64,000 nt of DNA from Candidatus Spongiisociaceae bacterium (GTDB lineage: Bacteria > Actinomycetota > Acidimicrobiia > Spongiisociales > Spongiisociaceae). A model generated the notes under the pieces. The model saw nothing but the letters and a program-made list of their open reading frames with translations. It was not told the origin of the DNA and searched no databases. Shown here in pieces: positions 59,356 to 64,000 of the stretch; positions within the stretch are counted from its first letter, which is position 1, and every line of letters begins with the position of its first letter. The position numbers and the translations under genes are program-made. The stretch spans positions 1,056,001-1,120,000 of the forward strand of contig OZ241841.1 of the NCBI GenBank assembly GCA_965202665.1, in the 5' to 3' direction.

Positions 59356-60207
59356 TCAGTCGGGAGCGACGGACCAGCGACCGGGGCCGGGGCCCAGCGA
59401 GCGGTGGAAAGCCAAAGCGGATTCGGCCCCGGAACCCGGCCCGGCGTGGGGCTGGCCGGGCAGACGGTAAACATAGGAGCCGGAGCCCAGGCGGCGGGTT
59501 TCCGCCCGCGACGGGTCAAAAGGGGGCGCAGAGTCGGGGAAGGGGATTTCGGAGAGAATCAACGAACCGTCCAACACGAACATTTCTTCGGGGGATTCGC
59601 AGATGCGCCACAAGCCGCCGCCGTTGCCCCATCCTTTCCACCCGGACAGCCACACCCGCCCGCAAAGCCCCTCCGCCAAAGGCATGACGAACCAGCCGGG
59701 CATATCCGGGTCTTCCTCCCAGCGGAAGGTTCCGGCCCGGCCTAAAAGCGGAGCGGACAGCCCGCCCCCCGCCGAGAGGTCGAAGCGGACCGGGGCGGCG
59801 GTCATCACCAAAGCCAGCGAATCAGCGGAGGCCCGCAACCCGGAAATCACCTGGCCGGCCCGCACCGCCGCATAATCGTTCTCCCCCACCTCCGCACCCC
59901 CCAGCGCCAGCGCCCCTTTGACCACGAACAACTCCAAATCGGCGGTGAAGGCCCCCGCCGCGCCGGAGCCGAAACCGGACGGGATGCGGGCCAGGCGGGT
60001 GACCGGGCCGGAACGATCCCGGGACAGGATGCGGGCCTCCATCCGCCCTTCCAACCCGGTGATGCGCATCGTACGGATCGGCAACTCCCGCTCGTCCACC
60101 ACCGGCAGGGGAACCCGGCGGCGGTCATGCAAATCCGGGTCCAACGTTGGGGAAGGAGCGGGGGCGCCGCCGGAGGGCGGGGCGGATTCGGGGCGGCGGG
60201 CCGTCAC
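59356..60207 (-). CDS. bicupin protein (DUF4437-like)
   Basis: Two cupin-like motifs: ELFVVKG and EEMFVLDG..PGQPH. Confidence 0.65.
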   Translation of the reverse strand: MTARRPESAPPSGGAPAPSPTLDPDLHDRRRVPLPVVDERELPIRTMRITGLEGRMEARILSRDRSGPVTRLARIPSGFGSGAAGAFTADLELFVVKGALALGGAEVGENDYAAVRAGQVISGLRASADSLALVMTAAPVRFDLSAGGGLSAPLLGRAGTFRWEEDPDMPGWFVMPLAEGLCGRVWLSGWKGWGNGGGLWRICESPEEMFVLDGSLILSEIPFPDSAPPFDPSRAETRRLGSGSYVYRLPGQPHAGPGSGAESALAFHRSLGPGPGRWSVAPD

Positions 60208-60220
60208 TGGAACAGATGCG

Positions 60221-61114
60221 TCAGGGAGCGGGGGGCAGTCCGTTTAGCTGGCGGACGGCGGAAAAAACGGCGGTCCAGTCCTGGCGGCCCCGGCCCTGCT
60301 CCCGGGCGGCTTGGTAGGTTTTCATCGCCTCCTCCCCCATCCCCAAGCCGACCGACAATTCCTCCCCCATCGCCAAAGCCAACCCCAGATCTTTGAAAGC
60401 CAGATCCACCATGAAACCGGGTTCCAAATCGCCCGCCAGGACCTGCGCCGGGTAGGTGGTGGAAAGATGCCCTTGTCCGGCGGCGGTGCTCAACAGCACC
60501 TCCAGCGCCGTTTCCCGCTCCAAACCGGCCCGTTCGGCGGCGGTCAAAGTTTCGGCCACCGCCACATTGGACACGATGGACAGGTAGTTGTTGATCATTT
60601 TGGCCCGCATCCCCATCCCGCGCCCGCCGCAGAGGATGATCTTGTCCCCCATGCATTCCAGCGCCGGACGGGCCTCCTCCACTTCCCCGGGGGAACCCCC
60701 GGCCATAATCAGCAACGTCCCCTGCGCGGCGTTTTGGGAGGTGCGTCCCACCGGGGCGTCCATCATCCGCCGTCCCGCCTCCTCCATCCGTTGCGCCATG
60801 CGGTCGAAGGCGGCGGGGGCGACGGTGCTCATGTCGATGACCAGGGCGGAGGGGGGGAGGGTTTGCACAACCCCGGCCGGGCCGAACAGAACCTGCTCCA
60901 CGTGTTCGGCCAAAGGGAGCATCGTGATCGCGAAATCGGCTTCTCTAGCGGCGTCGGCGGCTGAGGCGGCCGGACGGCAACCGTCGGCGGCGGCCTTGCG
61001 CACCGCCTCCGGGTCAATGTCGTGGGCGCGCACCCGATGCCCGCCCCGCGCCAAACAGGCCGCCATGGGGCGCCCCATCACCCCCAGCCCGATGAAACCG
61101 ATCTCCGCCATCAT
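60221..61114 (-). CDS. yihU: sulfolactaldehyde reductase YihU-like oxidoreductase
   Basis: PVGRTS motif; KMINNY, AAGQGH, VLAGDL.P.FM.DLA.KDLG, GRGRQDW match YihU as recalled. Confidence 0.75.
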   Translation of the reverse strand: MMAEIGFIGLGVMGRPMAACLARGGHRVRAHDIDPEAVRKAAADGCRPAASAADAAREADFAITMLPLAEHVEQVLFGPAGVVQTLPPSALVIDMSTVAPAAFDRMAQRMEEAGRRMMDAPVGRTSQNAAQGTLLIMAGGSPGEVEEARPALECMGDKIILCGGRGMGMRAKMINNYLSIVSNVAVAETLTAAERAGLERETALEVLLSTAAGQGHLSTTYPAQVLAGDLEPGFMVDLAFKDLGLALAMGEELSVGLGMGEEAMKTYQAAREQGRGRQDWTAVFSAVRQLNGLPPAP

Positions 61115-61230
61115 CCTCCCTTTTCGTTTCCCGCCCGCGATGGGAGCCGCCGCCGGGCGGTCAAACCCGTTTTGGCGGAGGCTGGAGCGGCCCAAATTAT
61201 ACCCGTCGCCGCCTAACCTGGGAGGACGTG

Positions 61231-62136
61231 ATGACACCCGCCGCCCCATCGGAACGACCGGCCCCCTCCGGGCAGGCGCTGATACCGGGGGGCCGTTTCG
61301 TCATGGGATCGGACCATCACTACCAGGAAGAGGCCCCCGCCCGGGAGGCGGAAGTGGGGCCGTTTCTGATGGACGTCCATCCGGTCACCAACCGGGAGTT
61401 CGCCCGGTTCGCGGACGAAACAGGCTATGCGACCACCGCCGAAACCCCGCCTCCGGCCCACCTGTTTCCCGGAGCGGAAGCCGGGTCGCTGGTGTTCAGG
61501 ATGACCGAGGGCCCGGTCAACTTGGGTGATTACCGCCATTGGTGGGCGTGGACGCCGGGGGCCGACTGGCGGCATCCCGCCGGGCCGGAGACGGATTTGG
61601 ACGGGCTGTGGGATCATCCGGTGGTGCATGTTTCGCATCGGGACGCCGCCGCCTATGCGCGATGGGCGGGGAAAAGCCTTCCCGCCGAAGACGAATGGGA
61701 GTTTGCGGCCCGGGGAGGGTTGCGGGGAGCGGAATTCGCATGGGGCGACCGGGACTTTCAGCAGACCGGCCGCCCGCTGGCCAACACTTGGCAGGGCCGT
61801 TTCCCCTACGAAAACACCGACCCGGACGGGTGGGCCCGCACCAGCCCGGTCGGCTGGTTTCCGCCCAACGGATACGGCCTGTTCGATGTAACCGGCAACG
61901 TGTGGGAATGGACCGCCGACCCCTTTCAGACCTTTCAGACGGAGGTCGGGGAAGGAGGGGCCTGTTGCGCGCCGGGACCGCCGGAGGGGCCGATGATGGT
62001 GATCAAAGGCGGGTCGCATCTGTGCTCCATCCAATACTGTTTCCGCTACCGGCCCGCCGCCCGCCAACCGCAGACCGCCGACACCAGCGCCAGCCACCTG
62101 GGTTTCCGGTGCGTCGTCCGCCCGCCGGGGGAATGA
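61231..62136 (+). CDS. formylglycine-generating enzyme
   Basis: HPVVHVS, EWEFAARGG, GNVWEW, KGGSHLCSIQYCFRYRPAAR (both catalytic Cys). Confidence 0.92.
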   Translation: MTPAAPSERPAPSGQALIPGGRFVMGSDHHYQEEAPAREAEVGPFLMDVHPVTNREFARFADETGYATTAETPPPAHLFPGAEAGSLVFRMTEGPVNLGDYRHWWAWTPGADWRHPAGPETDLDGLWDHPVVHVSHRDAAAYARWAGKSLPAEDEWEFAARGGLRGAEFAWGDRDFQQTGRPLANTWQGRFPYENTDPDGWARTSPVGWFPPNGYGLFDVTGNVWEWTADPFQTFQTEVGEGGACCAPGPPEGPMMVIKGGSHLCSIQYCFRYRPAARQPQTADTSASHLGFRCVVRPPGE

Positions 62137-62888
62137 TGGCCGGGCATCGGGCGGTGATGGACCTCACCCGGGAGGAATGGCTGGGGGCGCTGGGAATGGA
62201 GGAGGCCGACATACCGGAGGCGGTGATTATGGAAGGCTCCTGGTGGAGGGAGCAGCGAACCGCCTGGCGGCTGGGATATTTGGAGGAGGTGCGGGAGTTG
62301 GCTTTCCCCGATATGTTCCTGGGGCGTTGGCGGGGGCGGCCGGTGGTTTATTCCTGCGTGTACGGAGCGGCGCGGGCGGTGGAGTTGGCCCACCTGTTCG
62401 GGAAACTGGGAACCCGGCGGATGGTGATGATCGGCACCTGCGGTGGTTTGGACCCGAAACTGGAACCGGGCGACGTGGTGGTTCCGTCGACGGCGGCGGC
62501 CCGGGAGGGGGTGGCCCGCCTGTACGGGGCGGGGGATCTGGTGCGGGCCGATGCGCAAATGGCGGCGCGGGCCCGGGGGCTGCTGGAAGCGGACCGGATA
62601 CGGGTGCGGGACCCGTTGCATCTAACCTGGTATTCCATCTTCGCCCAAAGCGGGGAGATGATCGACGAATGGCGGGAGGCGGGCTACGGGTCGGTGGACA
62701 TGGAAACGGCCACCCTGTACGCGGTAGCCGGCTTCTTCGGTTTTTCCGCCGCGGCACTGCTAGCCGTATGGGACCGGCTGGACGACAACAAAAGTTTCCT
62801 GGACCCGCTCAGCCCCCAACACCAACGGGCCCTGGACAAAGCCAACGCCGCCGTCTACCAAACCGCCCTAGCCATAACCCTGGACTAA
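62133..62888 (+). CDS. nucleoside phosphorylase family protein (PNP_UDP_1)
   Basis: IGTCGGL..GDVVVP, REG, VDMETA; ATGA overlap. Confidence 0.82.
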   Translation: MMAGHRAVMDLTREEWLGALGMEEADIPEAVIMEGSWWREQRTAWRLGYLEEVRELAFPDMFLGRWRGRPVVYSCVYGAARAVELAHLFGKLGTRRMVMIGTCGGLDPKLEPGDVVVPSTAAAREGVARLYGAGDLVRADAQMAARARGLLEADRIRVRDPLHLTWYSIFAQSGEMIDEWREAGYGSVDMETATLYAVAGFFGFSAAALLAVWDRLDDNKSFLDPLSPQHQRALDKANAAVYQTALAITLD

Positions 62889-63204
62889 CCACCCCCTCCA
62901 GTAGCACTCGGCCGGAACGATCGACGCGGCCTGCCCCTCTGATTAATTTGCGGTTCGCCTTTGATGACGGCTCCCCCGTGAATAACGGTTATTTCGTTGT
63001 TTTTGGGAGCCGCCGCCTCGCAATGCTCGCGCACTACGCACTACGCGTACAAAGACAAGGCGCGGGCCGGAGTTTCCTCGTTGCTCGCGAACCAGGAACT
63101 GGGGTAGCCGCGGCAGTTGGCGAAGAGGCGCCCCCGGTGGGACTCCGGCGTGGGCCGCAACCGGGGAAACGAGTTATGTCCGAAAAACGGGGTATGGTGA
63201 CGTT

Positions 63205-63501
63205 ATGTCACTCGTAAACCCAGGAACTGAAATTATGGCCTCTCCCGAAGCCGTAGCCCCCCTGCTCGGCGTGGATCACCCCCTAGACGTCCCCGACCTT
63301 GGAGCGGTGGACAAGGTGGTCATTCTGGAACGGAACGGCCCCCAGACCGTCCCCGGCCATGTTCGAGCCGAAGGGCAAGGCATGTTCGTGGTGGCGGTAA
63401 ACAAAGAGCACCAAGAACCCGCTGAGAACACCATCAGCATGCTGAGTCAGACCAACATGCGAGGAGCGGCGCTCTCCAAATTGGGTATGGCTTTTGCGTA
63501 A
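63205..63501 (+). CDS. hypothetical protein (98 aa)
   Basis: Protein-like ORF; no family recognised. Confidence 0.5.
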   Translation: MSLVNPGTEIMASPEAVAPLLGVDHPLDVPDLGAVDKVVILERNGPQTVPGHVRAEGQGMFVVAVNKEHQEPAENTISMLSQTNMRGAALSKLGMAFA

Positions 63502-63596
63502 CCGGAAACCGGAACGCTAGGCCGACGAGGGGAGGATTCGCACCTACCGGATGATGTCGTCCCCGTCAGGCCGGGCCGGAGGATCATGTCCGCCTC

Positions 63597-63938
63597 CTAC
63601 AGCAAACTCTCTTCATCGTCTTCCTCTGAATCGGGGACGTCTTTCCCGGACATTTTTCCAGGCACGGCGCGCAAGGAACGCAGGTTGTCGGAGATTTTGT
63701 GGGAAAGCCGATCCTCCCCCATCTTCCAAACGCCCACTCCCGGATACTCCAGCCTTTGGCCGGGGCTAACAGGAAACAAGTCTTCCAGGGCGAGCCGGAC
63801 GGAATCCACCGGGTCGTGACCCTGGTCGTGGTAGTGGGAGGCCAAGGAACGCAACTTTGGATTGGAGCGCATGAGAGAATCTGCGTTTCTCCCACCCCTG
63901 GTCGATTTCCCGCGTGGTGTATTGCTTCTTCTGGACAT
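63597..63938 (-). CDS. hypothetical protein (113 aa; basic N-terminus, acidic C-terminus)
   Basis: TATACT 8 nt before the ATG; palindromic site upstream. Confidence 0.55.
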   Translation of the reverse strand: MSRRSNTPRGKSTRGGRNADSLMRSNPKLRSLASHYHDQGHDPVDSVRLALEDLFPVSPGQRLEYPGVGVWKMGEDRLSHKISDNLRSLRAVPGKMSGKDVPDSEEDDEESLL

Positions 63939-63956
63939 GGACGCCCAGTATAGCGT

Positions 63957-63978
63957 ATTCCACGCTATAGCGTGGAAT
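63957..63978. promoter_or_regulatory. perfect 22-bp palindrome, putative operator
   Basis: ATTCCACGCTATAGCGTGGAAT equals its own reverse complement. Confidence 0.7.
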
Positions 63979-64000
63979 TGGCCTCTTATGATCCCCGCTA

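Noticed and set aside
1-64000. tRNA, rRNA, prophage, retron or DGR components
   Set aside because: No cloverleaf, rRNA signature, phage structural gene or reverse transcriptase motif was seen

Overview
High-GC bacterial chromosome segment, most likely Actinomycetota. This is inferred from the bS22-type small ribosomal protein, the PAC2 protein and many leaderless genes; the SLH surface proteins suggest Acidimicrobiia. The housekeeping and catabolic backbone includes a sugar-type ABC/catabolic cluster, glpK-pth-rplY, surE, a MoaB/Mog-family gene, fdhD, a TPP-riboswitch thiBPQ-X-thiD operon, purB, an inositol monophosphatase, an M3 peptidase, a P1B ATPase, ferritin, a yihU-like reductase and FGE. 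Small accessory modules interrupt it repeatedly: a class II Fic gene followed by an AT-rich nested repeat; an orphan gene between two copies of a divergent promoter; a toxin-like gene with a duplicated partner; an IetA-like AAA ATPase whose protease partner is reduced to a 14-codon stub; an orphan HTH-DUF433 gene; and a fused MNT-HEPN gene. The largest structure is a 14-kb array of four paralogous SLH/S-layer genes in two convergent pairs, two of them with FG-GAP propeller tails, with a type II R-M cassette at the centre. No tRNA, rRNA, CRISPR array, integrase or transposase was seen. All family calls come from motif recognition by eye, not database searches.
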